Shown piece by piece: positions 49,740-59,070 of a stretch of 64,000 nucleotides of DNA. Source of the DNA: a bacterium (GTDB lineage Bacteria > Krumholzibacteriota > Krumholzibacteriia > G020349025); contig JANLSU010000107.1 of assembly GCA_031362565.1 (NCBI GenBank), forward strand, positions 1 through 64,000, given 5' to 3'. The notes beneath the pieces were generated by a model, which saw nothing but the letters and a program-made list of their open reading frames with translations, was not told the DNA's origin and searched no databases. Within the stretch, counting starts at the first letter, position 1, and every line of letters starts with the position of its first letter. Made by a program: the position numbers and the translations under genes.

Positions 49740-50936
49740 TCACGGCAGCGACAGCGGCTCCGTGTGGCCGCCGCGCACGACGAGGAAACGGCGCCGCGAT
49801 TGCGTGCCGAGCGAGTCGGCCGCCAGCCGGTCGAGCAACGCTTGTTGCATTGCGTCCCGGTCGGTGTGCGACGTCTGCGCCAACGCATCGAGCAACCGCC
49901 GGGTGCCCGCATAGCCGGCGGCGGCAAGACGTTCTTCGGTCGGCGAACGGCGCGCGTGCGCCGCGCCGCGGGCGGTGAGCGCCGCCGGTGTGGCCTCGGT
50001 GTCGGGAGCCGGCAGGATCGCGCCCTCGAAATCGAGGCCGGCGTCGTGCAGCACCCGCTCACTGCCGGCGTCTTCACTGGCGAAGATCTGGGTGCTGACG
50101 CCATGGAAGGCGAGCGCCGGGGCCAGCATCACCAGGGCATCCGCATCGGCCGGCACGTAGAGCGCATCGGGGCGCGCGTCCGCCAAGCGTTTGGCAACCG
50201 CGGTAAAGTCGGCGGTCCCGGTCGCATACGACTCCGAGAGCAAGATCTCGCCGCCCAAGGCTGCAAACCGCTCCGCGAAGGCGAGTGCCAGCGCCCGGCC
50301 GTCGCCGTCTTCGGGATACAAGATCGCGCCGCGAAAGCGCCGCATTTGCAGCACTGCGAGCGACGCCATGTCGCGCGCCGCGACGCGGCGTGAAGGCACG
50401 GCGTGAATCACATATGGACCGATCGAGCCGAGTTCATCTTCGGTTGCAACGTTGGAAACGAGCGGCACGCCGCGGCAATTGGCTTCGAGTGCAGCGATGG
50501 TCGTTGGAACAGTGAGGACACTGCCGAGCAAGGCGACGACGTTTTCCTGATCCACGAGCCGGCGCGTCGCCGCAAGCGTCGCCAGCGGTTCGCTCTTGGC
50601 GTCGGCCGCCACAAGTTCCACACGCCGCGGGCCGCGGGCATTGAATTCGTCGGCGGCGACATGCGCGCCGTCCAAATAGGCCTTGCCGTAGGGCGCGTAA
50701 CGGCCGGAAAGCGGCACGAGGACACCGAACCGGGCCGGCGGCGGCGGCGCGGCGGGGGCGGCGTCTTCGACGCCGGTCACGACGACGCTCGCCGGGGCAA
50801 TGGGATTGGCACCCGCGCCGGGCGCGGACGCGACGGCGGGTGGCGCCGGGTCTGCCACCTTTGGACGCGACAACGTCAGCTTCGTGCACGCCAAGCAGGC
50901 GAGCGGCACGACGACGAGGTACGTCGAGAAACGCAT
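49740..50936 (-). CDS. Lipoprotein with type-1 periplasmic binding fold (LivK/LpoA-like)
   Basis: Lipobox CLAC; GVLVPLSGRYAPYG, ALLGSVL, DFTAVAKRL, PDALYVP. Confidence 0.82.
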   Translation of the reverse strand: MRFSTYLVVVPLACLACTKLTLSRPKVADPAPPAVASAPGAGANPIAPASVVVTGVEDAAPAAPPPPARFGVLVPLSGRYAPYGKAYLDGAHVAADEFNARGPRRVELVAADAKSEPLATLAATRRLVDQENVVALLGSVLTVPTTIAALEANCRGVPLVSNVATEDELGSIGPYVIHAVPSRRVAARDMASLAVLQMRRFRGAILYPEDGDGRALALAFAERFAALGGEILLSESYATGTADFTAVAKRLADARPDALYVPADADALVMLAPALAFHGVSTQIFASEDAGSERVLHDAGLDFEGAILPAPDTEATPAALTARGAAHARRSPTEERLAAAGYAGTRRLLDALAQTSHTDRDAMQQALLDRLAADSLGTQSRRRFLVVRGGHTEPLSLP

Positions 50937-51018
50937 GCGACCTTCCAGGACGAGGGGTGAAGACCTCGTTCGGCGGTGGCATGGGTCGCGCCAAATACGG
51001 CGCGCGGAGGGCGGGCTT

Positions 51019-51546
51019 TCAAGGCAGAAGTGCGGCGGCGCCGTTGCGGTAGTTGCGCGCCAGTTCCACGTAATGCCAGGCGTGAGCGCGGCGGGCTTCC
51101 AGACTGGCCTCGGGCAGGATCTTGCGCACCTCGGCGGGCACCCCGGCGACGAGTGCCAGCGGCGGCACGATCTGGCCTTCGCGCACGACGGCGCCGGCGG
51201 CGACGATGGCACCCCGGCCGATGACCGCTCCATCGAGGATCACCGAGCCCATGCCGATGAGCGCCAGATCTTCCACCCGGCATTCGTGCACCAGCGCCCG
51301 GTGCCCGATCACGACATCTGCACCGATCCAAGTGCCGGTGCGGCCTTCGGTGACGTGCACGACGCAGTTGTCCTGGATGTTCGAGCGCGGTCCCACTTCG
51401 ATGGGCCCAACGTCGCCGCGCAGCACGGTGCCAAACCAGACGCTCGCCTCGTCGCCCAGCGTGACCCGGCCGATGACCGTGGCATTCGGCGCCACGTACA
51501 CGCCGTTGCCGAGGCGCGGCGAGAATTCGCCATAGCGGTACAGCAT
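51019..51546 (-). CDS. Gamma carbonic anhydrase family protein
   Basis: VWFGTVLRGD, SNIQDNCVVH, IGHRALVHEC, hexapeptide repeats. Confidence 0.93.
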   Translation of the reverse strand: MLYRYGEFSPRLGNGVYVAPNATVIGRVTLGDEASVWFGTVLRGDVGPIEVGPRSNIQDNCVVHVTEGRTGTWIGADVVIGHRALVHECRVEDLALIGMGSVILDGAVIGRGAIVAAGAVVREGQIVPPLALVAGVPAEVRKILPEASLEARRAHAWHYVELARNYRNGAAALLP

Positions 51547-51594
51547 CCGGTCTCCCTCGCAAGTCCCAAGGCTGAAAAATCGGCCGCGTGGTTT

Positions 51595-52110
51595 CTAGAG
51601 CTTGCGATCGTCGGGGGGATCGATTTCATCGAGCAGCTTGCGGAGCGCGTCGTCACTCACGACATCGTCGTCGGCGGCGTCCGCATCGTCCGGCTCCGGC
51701 GACGGACTCGTTTCGATTTGGCGGCTGTTCTTCTCGAACAATTCGCGATCCACGAAGATCGGCGCCTGGGCGCGTAACGCCAGCGCGATCGAGTCGCTCG
51801 GACGCGCATCGACCACGACGACCTCATCGCCACGCGCCAGATGGATCTTGGCGTAGAAGGTGTTGCCACGCAGCTGCGCGATGATGATCTTGCGCACCTG
51901 CGCTTCGAGGCCTTCGATGACGAGCCGCAAGAGATCGTGGGTGAGCGGGCGCTCGAACGTCTGGCCGGCAAGCGACATCATGATGGCGTTGGCTTCAGGA
52001 GGACCGATCCAGATCGGCAACACGCCTTTGGCGTCGATGCCCTCGAGCAGCACCACGGGGCTGTCCGTATTGGGGTCCATGGCCAGATTGGCCACCCGCA
52101 CCTGGATCAC
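51595..52110 (-). CDS. Bifunctional nuclease family (DUF151) protein
   Basis: LPIWIGPPEA, RPLTHDL, TFYA, DARPSDSIALALR. Confidence 0.93.
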   Translation of the reverse strand: MIQVRVANLAMDPNTDSPVVLLEGIDAKGVLPIWIGPPEANAIMMSLAGQTFERPLTHDLLRLVIEGLEAQVRKIIIAQLRGNTFYAKIHLARGDEVVVVDARPSDSIALALRAQAPIFVDRELFEKNSRQIETSPSPEPDDADAADDDVVSDDALRKLLDEIDPPDDRKL

Positions 52111-52195
52111 GACGACATCCTTTGGAGGCCATGGGTAAACGGCGCCTGCCAAACAGTAAGGAGCCCCCTCGAACGTGTCAACCGCACCAGAGCCC

Positions 52196-52233
52196 AAAAA
52201 GGCGCCGGCGGGACCTTACGGCCCCGCCGGCAC
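52196..52233 (-). terminator. Intrinsic terminator downstream of the outer-membrane protein gene
   Basis: GTGCCGGCGGGGCC-GTAA-GGTCCCGCCGGCGC followed by CTTTTT on the minus strand. Confidence 0.85.
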
Positions 52234-52259
52234 TGGGTACCAAAGGTTCGAATGGCTTC

Positions 52260-52856
52260 TTAGAAGTAGAAGTGGAAGCCGATCGAGCCGGTGTTGACCA
52301 CACTGACGTTGTCCACCGTCGTGAAGAAGTTCACGTCGGACTCGGCGTTATCGGCGCCCGGCTGCAGGATCTGAAGGCCGACGCCCACCTGGCCCGAGAA
52401 GCTCAGGTTCGGCCAGCCGAGCTGTCCGAGGAAGAATTCCCCGCCCAGTCCCAGCGACAGGTCGTATGCCATGTCGTAGACCTTGTCGTCCGCCACCGTC
52501 ACCGTCGTGCCGTCGAGTGACTGGTTGCCCGCGAAAGTCAGCCCGGGACGGAAGTACACGATCATGTTTTCTTCGCCGTGCAGCACCCACGGCATGCCGA
52601 TGTCGAACGCCCAATCGAACAGCGACGTGTTGTCGGTCGCAGTCGTCGGCACCTTCGTGTCGAGATCGAGGCCGACCCCGAAGTCAATGGCCATGCCGTC
52701 ATTCATCCAGTAACGCACGCCGACCGGCGCCGCCCCGTTGAAGTAACCGATTCCCTTCTTGCCGACGACGCGTTGATTCGCGTTCTCGGCGAGCGCGCTG
52801 TTTGCAGCACACAGCGCCAGTACGGTGACACCCAACATCCGCATCGTTCGCTTCAT
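52260..52856 (-). CDS. Small outer-membrane beta-barrel protein
   Basis: Signal peptide, amphipathic beta strands, C-terminal GFHFYF beta-signal; GGGAG RBS. Confidence 0.8.
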   Translation of the reverse strand: MKRTMRMLGVTVLALCAANSALAENANQRVVGKKGIGYFNGAAPVGVRYWMNDGMAIDFGVGLDLDTKVPTTATDNTSLFDWAFDIGMPWVLHGEENMIVYFRPGLTFAGNQSLDGTTVTVADDKVYDMAYDLSLGLGGEFFLGQLGWPNLSFSGQVGVGLQILQPGADNAESDVNFFTTVDNVSVVNTGSIGFHFYF

Positions 52857-53038
52857 GATTTCCGTTCTCCCTACGAAGAGTCGACTCCGATGAACCATGG
52901 ATCGATGCAGCGCCGCGGCGCGATCACCGCGGCCCGCCCCACCACGTCCGGGGAGAAATTCGGACACCGGAGGCCGGGCCGTCAACCGAAACGTGCACGC
53001 CGGAAAAGGCCCCCCGTGTCCGGACAGCCACAGTCCGC

Positions 53039-54271
53039 TCAGTGCCCGGCTTGCGGCAGCGTCGCGGCGCCCGGTGCCAGCAGATCGGCCGGCGCCGGAC
53101 GCCCCAGATTCTCCAGCATGTAGTGCGTGGACTCCGCGACGTCGCTGTTCGGGTAGTTCTTCAGAGTCAGCTCGAACTCGCGCTTGGCGCTCTCGTAGTC
53201 GTGCAGGTCCTCGGAGTACACGAAGCCGATCATGAACTGCGCCTCGTCGGCCCGGGCGTGCGTCGGGTACTTCTTGACCAGGCCGCGGTAGTACTCGATC
53301 TTGTCGCGCGGATTCGGCGCTTCGGTCGCCATCTTGAGCAGTTCGTCGGCCGACTTGTTCTCCAATTCCTTGTTTGCGTCAAAGAGGATCTCCGGCTTGT
53401 ATTTGGTCCGCAGGCGCACCAGTTCGGCCTGGAGCAACGAGTCGGTGAACGTCGGAGTCAGCCGGGCGCGAATCCGTTCGCGCGCCTTCTCGAGCGGTTC
53501 CTGACGTTCGGTCGTCTTCTCGTGGACTTTGACCAACGCCCAGGCGCCGTCGAAGGCGAACACTTCACTCACGTCGCCGGCCTCGAGCGCAAAGACGCGG
53601 TCGGCGAAATCCTGACGCTTGTCGTTCGGAATGCTGCGAATGTAACCCGTCGGGTTGAAGTACCCCAGCAGGCCGCCGTCCGCTTGCGTCGCCTTGTCGG
53701 TCGTCACTTGGCGCGCGACAGTGCCGAAGTCTTCGCCACGATCGACGATGCGCCGGCGCGCCTTCTCGGCATCGGCTTTGGTCGCGCACTTGATCCACGA
53801 CGCGTTCTCGCGCGCCGGCGTCACGAACTCTTGCGGATGCTTGGCGTAGTACTCGTCGATCTGCGCCTCGGCCGGTTTGGGCAGGCCGTCGATGAGTTGT
53901 TTTTGATATTGCTGCAGCAACAGGCCGCGCTTGAAGTCCTCGACCTGTTTGGTGATCACCGGATTGCGTTCCAAACCGGCATCATCGGCCGCCTTCACCA
54001 TCAGTTCGCGATCCACGAGCTGTTCGATGAGGCGCAATTTGCCGCGCGCGCCATCGTAATCGCGCTGCAGGTGTTGCGGAATCTGCTTCATCGTATCGTC
54101 GACATCCTGCTCCGAAATCGTCTTGCCCGCGACCTTGGCAACGGGCGTCGTATCGCCGGCGGCCTTGGTCACCTTGGACTCGGTCCCGGGCTCCTTGCCG
54201 CAACCCACGGCCAGCGCCAGGCCGAGCGCCGCGCCCACAGCCCATCCCATTCGCATCTGTCGAATCTGCAT
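53039..54271 (-). CDS. Parvulin/PrsA-type peptidyl-prolyl isomerase lipoprotein with C-terminal TPR
   Basis: Lipobox AVGC, VAKVAGKTIS, DFGTVARQVT, GGLLGYF, AQFMIGFVY. Confidence 0.85.
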   Translation of the reverse strand: MQIRQMRMGWAVGAALGLALAVGCGKEPGTESKVTKAAGDTTPVAKVAGKTISEQDVDDTMKQIPQHLQRDYDGARGKLRLIEQLVDRELMVKAADDAGLERNPVITKQVEDFKRGLLLQQYQKQLIDGLPKPAEAQIDEYYAKHPQEFVTPARENASWIKCATKADAEKARRRIVDRGEDFGTVARQVTTDKATQADGGLLGYFNPTGYIRSIPNDKRQDFADRVFALEAGDVSEVFAFDGAWALVKVHEKTTERQEPLEKARERIRARLTPTFTDSLLQAELVRLRTKYKPEILFDANKELENKSADELLKMATEAPNPRDKIEYYRGLVKKYPTHARADEAQFMIGFVYSEDLHDYESAKREFELTLKNYPNSDVAESTHYMLENLGRPAPADLLAPGAATLPQAGH

Positions 54272-54290
54272 CGTCTCTCCTTGTCAGCCC

Positions 54291-55367
54291 TCAGGTCAGG
54301 GAATCCTTGCCGGCGCGACGCAGGCGCTCGGGAATCTTGCCGACTTGCTGGGCGCGGTCGCGATGACAGATTAGTAAAGCATCCGCCTCGTCGACGACCA
54401 CCAAGTCGGAGACGCCGAGCAAGACGATCGTGCGTCCGCGGCCCTCCACGATGTTGTTGTGTGCATCGATGACCAGCGCGTCCGCGGGCAACACGTTGCC
54501 ATCGGTGTCCGTGCCGCGGAGTTCCGGAAGCGCGGCCCAACTGCCCACATCACTCCAGCCGATGTCCACTTCGGCGACCCAAACGTCGGCCGCCTTTTCC
54601 ATCACTGCGTAGTCGATCGAGATGCTCGGGAAGGCGGCGTATGCCTCGTCCAACCGCGTCTGCCACGCAGAAGTTCCCCAGGCGCCGCCGAGCTCCTGCA
54701 GCTTGTGGCCGACGTCCGGCAAATGGCGCTGCAATTCGTCCAAGATGCGCTGGGTGCGCCACACGAACATGCCGCTGTTCCACAAGTGCTGGCCATCGGC
54801 CACCAGGCGTTCGGCGGTCGCGGCGTCGGGTTTTTCGACGAAACGTTCGACGGCGTCGAAGCGTTGGCCGGCGAGCACGGTGCCCGGGCCGGGCCCGCGC
54901 CGGATGTAGCCGTAGCCGGTTTCAGGACGCGTCGGGCGAATGCCGAGGGTGAGCAGCCGATCGTGGGACGCGAGCATTTGCTCGCAGGCGCCCAAGACGG
55001 CGCGGAAGCGCTCTTCGGCGCGAATGACGTGATCGGACGCGAGCACCACCATTGGTGCGCCGGCGCGACCTTCGGCCGCCAGCACCGCGGCCGCGACGCC
55101 GATACACGGCGCCGTGTTGCGGCCCACCGTTTCGATGATCACGTGGCCGGGCGGTACGTCGGGCAGTTCACGGCGGATCCCATCCGCCTGTTCCGCGCCG
55201 GTCACGACCCAGACATCGTCGGCGCCAATGAGCGGCCGCAGCCGGTCCACGGTCAAGCGGATCATGCTGGCTTCGCCCGCGATGGGCAGCAACTGCTTCG
55301 GCCGGGCGCGCCGGCTGCGCGGCCAGAACCGCGTGCCGACACCACCTGCCATGATCACCGCGTGCAT
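54291..55367 (-). CDS. manC: Mannose-1-phosphate guanylyltransferase
   Basis: VIMAGGVGTRFWPRSR, PKQLL, GRNTAP, ETGYGYI, FVEKP, WNSGMF, SIDYAVMEK, WSDVGSW. Confidence 0.93.
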   Translation of the reverse strand: MHAVIMAGGVGTRFWPRSRRARPKQLLPIAGEASMIRLTVDRLRPLIGADDVWVVTGAEQADGIRRELPDVPPGHVIIETVGRNTAPCIGVAAAVLAAEGRAGAPMVVLASDHVIRAEERFRAVLGACEQMLASHDRLLTLGIRPTRPETGYGYIRRGPGPGTVLAGQRFDAVERFVEKPDAATAERLVADGQHLWNSGMFVWRTQRILDELQRHLPDVGHKLQELGGAWGTSAWQTRLDEAYAAFPSISIDYAVMEKAADVWVAEVDIGWSDVGSWAALPELRGTDTDGNVLPADALVIDAHNNIVEGRGRTIVLLGVSDLVVVDEADALLICHRDRAQQVGKIPERLRRAGKDSLT

Positions 55368-55369
55368 GC

Positions 55370-55813
55370 TCACTCGCGAACGACGTTCACCTTGATGCGA
55401 CCGCGCACGTCCGGATGCAACCTGATGTGCACTTCGGACGTTCCGAGGTCCTTGATGTTGTGTTCGAGCACGATCCGTTTGCGATCGATGTCGACGCCAT
55501 GCGCGACGAGTGCCGTGTGCAGGTCCAGAGCCGTCACCGACCCGTACAACTTGCCTTCTTCGTCGGCCTTCACCGCCACATTGCACTCGATGGCGGCGAG
55601 GCGTTCCGCCAGCGCCTCGGCGTCGGCGCGCGAACGGTCGTCCTGCGCCTTGAACTTGCGCGATTCCTGTTCGACGCGCCGTTTGATTCCCGGCGTCGCC
55701 ATCGCCGCCGCGCCACGCGGCAGCAGGAAATTACGCGCGTAGCCCGGCTTGACGCGGACGACTTCCCCACGGCGTCCCAAGCTCTCGACGTGCTGCAACA
55801 AAATGACTTCCAC
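55370..55813 (-). CDS. rplI: 50S ribosomal protein L9
   Basis: VKPGYARNFLLP, KLYGSVT. Confidence 0.97.
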   Translation of the reverse strand: MEVILLQHVESLGRRGEVVRVKPGYARNFLLPRGAAAMATPGIKRRVEQESRKFKAQDDRSRADAEALAERLAAIECNVAVKADEEGKLYGSVTALDLHTALVAHGVDIDRKRIVLEHNIKDLGTSEVHIRLHPDVRGRIKVNVVRE

Positions 55814-55826
55814 GTTGACCTCCGAA

Positions 55827-56729
55827 TCACGCGTCGTTCCCGGCGGGCCGAAGCCGCCGGAAATCGACCCACAGGTCGGCCGCTCCCAACAGAGCGAGCC
55901 CGGTCATGAGCAGCGGCCACATCAGGACCGCTGCCATCACGAACAAGGATGCGATCACGAACCGCAGACCGCCGGCCGCTGGCGCGGCGCTGCGCTCGAC
56001 CACCGCCAGCGCCACCGCGGCGCCCTGCACTGCAAACACCGCCACGACCGCCGTAACGACGTTGCCACCGACGGTCATCGACCAGTCCTGGTGCAGCACC
56101 ATGAGCGCGAGCCCGGCGACCAGCACCCAAATCCAAGCAAAAGGCACCTGCCACTGCGAAGGCCGCGACAAGGCCACCGATTCGCCGCTCGTGAACGCGA
56201 TGCGCCGTGCGCCGACGACGATCACGAGCACCTGCAACCAGCCGAAGACCACGATCTCCGCCGGCAAGAGCCGCAACGCCCAGTGCGCCGCCGAAGTCGC
56301 CAGCGCTTGGTACCGCTCACGCAACACGCGTTCTTCCGGCGAGGCGTCGGGCGCGATCACCGACTTCGCATCGACGCCGGCGATCAGATCGACCTGCGTG
56401 TGCAGATCGGCCCAGGCCTGACGCGGGTTCGATCCCGCCGAGTTCAGCGCCGTGGCGAGAACGACGGGCAACAAGCCCCAGAGCGACGCCCGTCCGAAAC
56501 CGAGGCCACGGCGTACGGCGCGGTGCACCGCCCATCCGGCCAACACCGCACCACAGCAACCGGCCGCTGGATCGACGCTCTGCAGCGCTATACCCAGGCC
56601 GGCCAGCGCCGCCACGAGTCCCAATGCGACCCGCGTCGCATGGCCGCGCACGCCCGCGGCCACCACCACGAGAGCCAGAAGCTGGAACGCCACGAGCACG
56701 CCCAGCGACCGCAGGAGCAGCATGCCCAT
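55827..56729 (-). CDS. DUF2232/YybS-family membrane protein
   Basis: Hydrophobic, QGAAV, LGAADLWVDFRR; typical position between rpsR and rplI. Confidence 0.85.
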   Translation of the reverse strand: MGMLLLRSLGVLVAFQLLALVVVAAGVRGHATRVALGLVAALAGLGIALQSVDPAAGCCGAVLAGWAVHRAVRRGLGFGRASLWGLLPVVLATALNSAGSNPRQAWADLHTQVDLIAGVDAKSVIAPDASPEERVLRERYQALATSAAHWALRLLPAEIVVFGWLQVLVIVVGARRIAFTSGESVALSRPSQWQVPFAWIWVLVAGLALMVLHQDWSMTVGGNVVTAVVAVFAVQGAAVALAVVERSAAPAAGGLRFVIASLFVMAAVLMWPLLMTGLALLGAADLWVDFRRLRPAGNDA

Positions 56730-56753
56730 CCGCGCCCTCCGGGCGACGTCCGC

Positions 56754-57005
56754 CTACCGGTAGTGCTCCTTGACGAACGGTACGAGAGCCAAATGCCGGG
56801 CGCGTTTGACGGCGATGGCAAGCTGGCGCTGATGCCGTGCGCAGGTTCCGGTGATCCGTCGCGCGGCGATCTTGCCGCGATCGGTGATGAACTTGCGCAC
56901 CCGGCGCTCGTCCTTGAAATCGACCGCCACAATTCGATCCATGCACAGCTTGCAGGGTTTCTTGCGGCCGGGCTTCTTTTCTTTCTTTTTGCGCGGCGAC
57001 GCCAT
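56754..57005 (-). CDS. rpsR: 30S ribosomal protein S18 (Zn-binding type)
   Basis: CKLC, VDFKD, RGKI, TGTCARHQR, VKRAR. Confidence 0.97.
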   Translation of the reverse strand: MASPRKKKEKKPGRKKPCKLCMDRIVAVDFKDERRVRKFITDRGKIAARRITGTCARHQRQLAIAVKRARHLALVPFVKEHYR

Positions 57006-57377
57006 TTAGACCACCGCCGGATTTTGCTGCGGCCCACGTTCGCCGGGAGGTCCCTGGCGCTTCGCTGCCGAAGCGGCATTGCGCGCTTCGATGTCTTCGT
57101 CGAGCACGATCAAGGACCGCAGCACGCGCTCGTCGAACCGCAGAACGCGATTCAACTCCGCAATGGTTTTCGTATCGGCGCGGTGGCGCAGATACAAATA
57201 GGTGCCTTCGGTTTTTTTCTTGATGTCGTAGGCAAAGCGGCGACGGCCCCAGTTTTGCTGCTGGCTGATATCGCCGCCATGATCACGAATGATCTTGGCG
57301 TAGCGTTCGAGGCTTTCGTTGGCCCCGGCTTCGTCGACGCTGGGATCCAGAATGAAAACGAATTCGTACTTCCGCAC
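57006..57377 (-). CDS. rpsF: 30S ribosomal protein S6
   Basis: RKYEFVFILDP, WGRRRFAYDIKK, EGTY, VLRSL; GTG after GGGGAGG. Confidence 0.96.
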   Translation of the reverse strand: MRKYEFVFILDPSVDEAGANESLERYAKIIRDHGGDISQQQNWGRRRFAYDIKKKTEGTYLYLRHRADTKTIAELNRVLRFDERVLRSLIVLDEDIEARNAASAAKRQGPPGERGPQQNPAVV

Positions 57378-57387
57378 CGTGGCGGAC

Positions 57388-57473
57388 ACCTCCCCATGGA
57401 CATGAAAGTCTTCCGACGCACCTTCACCACGCCCCGAAAGGCGCTGGACCGGCCGGAAGAAGGGATGGAAGAG
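57388..57473 (-). promoter_or_regulatory. Probable S6:S18 autoregulatory mRNA leader
   Basis: CTCTTCCAT pairs (one bulge) with the SD-containing ATGGGGAG; unpaired CCC; inner helix TCTTCCGGC/GTCGGAAGA. Confidence 0.55.
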
Positions 57474-57506
57474 CGCCGAACGTGTCTCCGTCCGGCAAAC
57501 CGCGTG

Positions 57507-57536
57507 AGTATAGGGAGGCCACAGTCCAGGCCGCAA
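57507..57536 (-). promoter_or_regulatory. Putative sigma70 promoter for rpsF
   Basis: TTGCGG, 18-nt spacer, TATACT on the minus strand. Confidence 0.5.
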
Positions 57537-57634
57537 CCCCCCGTAGCGACCGGGCTGCCCAGGATCGGACAGGCTGCGGCCTCTCGCCCTTGGGCCTCCC
57601 CGGATCCACCCCAGACGGCCGGCGGCGGCAGTGA

Positions 57635-58210
57635 TCAGGCCGGTTTGGGGGCGTTGACGGCTGGAATCGCGGCGTCGACGCCAAGCTCGAGGATGCACTC
57701 GACGGCATCCGCGGCGCGGCCGATGAACTCCGGAACCGCGTCACGTTCGTCGCCCGCAAAAGCACCGAGCACCCAGTCCTCGAGCGCCATGCCGGGCGGC
57801 GCGGCACCGACCCCCAGGCGCAAGCGCGGAAAAGCCGTTTGACCATCCAGCGCCTCGACGATGGACTTCATGCCGTTATGGCCACCGGGGCTGCCGTTCG
57901 GGCGCAGTCGCAAGCGGGCAAAAGGCAGATCTACGTCGTCGACCACGACGAGCATCGAGCCCAGATCGAAATCCGGGCGCGCCGCGATCTGCCGCACGGC
58001 GCGGCCACTCCGATTGACATAGGCGGTGGGTTTGACGAGCAAGGCCGCTTTACCCGCGATGACTGTTTCGACACTCTCGAAGTCGCCCGAGGCGCGGCGG
58101 ACACGCGCTTGCGCGCGCGCCGCCAACGCATCGACGACTCGATAGCCGAGATTGTGGCGCGTGTCGGCATACTCGCGGCCCGGATTCCCGAGGCCGAGTA
58201 CGACCCACAC
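57635..58210 (-). CDS. pth: Peptidyl-tRNA hydrolase
   Basis: GLGNPG, TRHNLG, KPTAYVNRSG, GGHNG, RLRLGVG. Confidence 0.96.
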   Translation of the reverse strand: MWVVLGLGNPGREYADTRHNLGYRVVDALAARAQARVRRASGDFESVETVIAGKAALLVKPTAYVNRSGRAVRQIAARPDFDLGSMLVVVDDVDLPFARLRLRPNGSPGGHNGMKSIVEALDGQTAFPRLRLGVGAAPPGMALEDWVLGAFAGDERDAVPEFIGRAADAVECILELGVDAAIPAVNAPKPA

Positions 58211-58213
58211 GTT

Positions 58214-59002
58214 CTACTTCTTGCCCTTGGCGGCCGGCTTGGCAGCAGGCTTCGCAGCCGGCGCCGCCTTCGCGGCAGCAGGCTTCGCAGCGGCCTTGCC
58301 CGCTGCCGGTTTGCCGGCAGCAGCTTTGGCCCCAGCGGCCGGCTTGGCGTCGCCCGGTTTGCCGGCAGCGGCTTTGGCGTCACCCTCGGCGGGCGCGGCA
58401 GCCGCGACAGCTTCAGTGGCCGCAACTTCGGTCGCCCGCTCGGCGGCCGGCAAGCTGACCGTGGCAATCGCCGTCTCGAGATGCCCGAGAACCGTCACCC
58501 CGGGCAGCTTGATATCGGACAAGTGCAACGCCTGGCCGATCATCATGTGGCTCACGTCCATCTCGATGCGCGCCGGAATGTCGGCCGGCAGGCACTCGAT
58601 GTCGACCGTGCGCAAGTTGTGCTCGAGAATACCGCCGTGCGTCTTGACACCTTCGGGCTTGCCCTGCAACACGATCTGCACGCTGATCCGCAGCTTCTCC
58701 GTCATCGAAACGCGCTGCAGATCGACGTGCACAAAATCCCGCGTCACGGGATGGACTTGGATCTCGCGCACGAGCGCCTTCATGGGGGTTTGCCCCGAAT
58801 CGAAATTCAGATCGAGCAGCCCATGATGGCCGCCCGCACGCACCAAGAGTTCGAACGCGTGGTGATCGAACGTCACCGAGCTCGACTTCTCACCGGCGCC
58901 ATACAGAACGCCCGGGATCCGCCCGGCCGCCCGGACCTTGCGGGCGGCGCCCTTGCCTTGCTGCTCGCGCAGCTCCACGGTCAGCGATTTCGACTGCTGC
59001 AT
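58214..59002 (-). CDS. rplY: 50S ribosomal protein L25/Ctc with Ala-Lys-Pro-rich tail
   Basis: GKGAARKVRAAGRIPGVLYG, HVDLQRV, GVKTHGG. Confidence 0.95.
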   Translation of the reverse strand: MQQSKSLTVELREQQGKGAARKVRAAGRIPGVLYGAGEKSSSVTFDHHAFELLVRAGGHHGLLDLNFDSGQTPMKALVREIQVHPVTRDFVHVDLQRVSMTEKLRISVQIVLQGKPEGVKTHGGILEHNLRTVDIECLPADIPARIEMDVSHMMIGQALHLSDIKLPGVTVLGHLETAIATVSLPAAERATEVAATEAVAAAAPAEGDAKAAAGKPGDAKPAAGAKAAAGKPAAGKAAAKPAAAKAAPAAKPAAKPAAKGKK

Positions 59003-59070
59003 AACGGCCTCGACCTCCATCGGATCGGCGCCTGCGGACGACTGCCGCAAACACCACGGTTGTCACGCGA

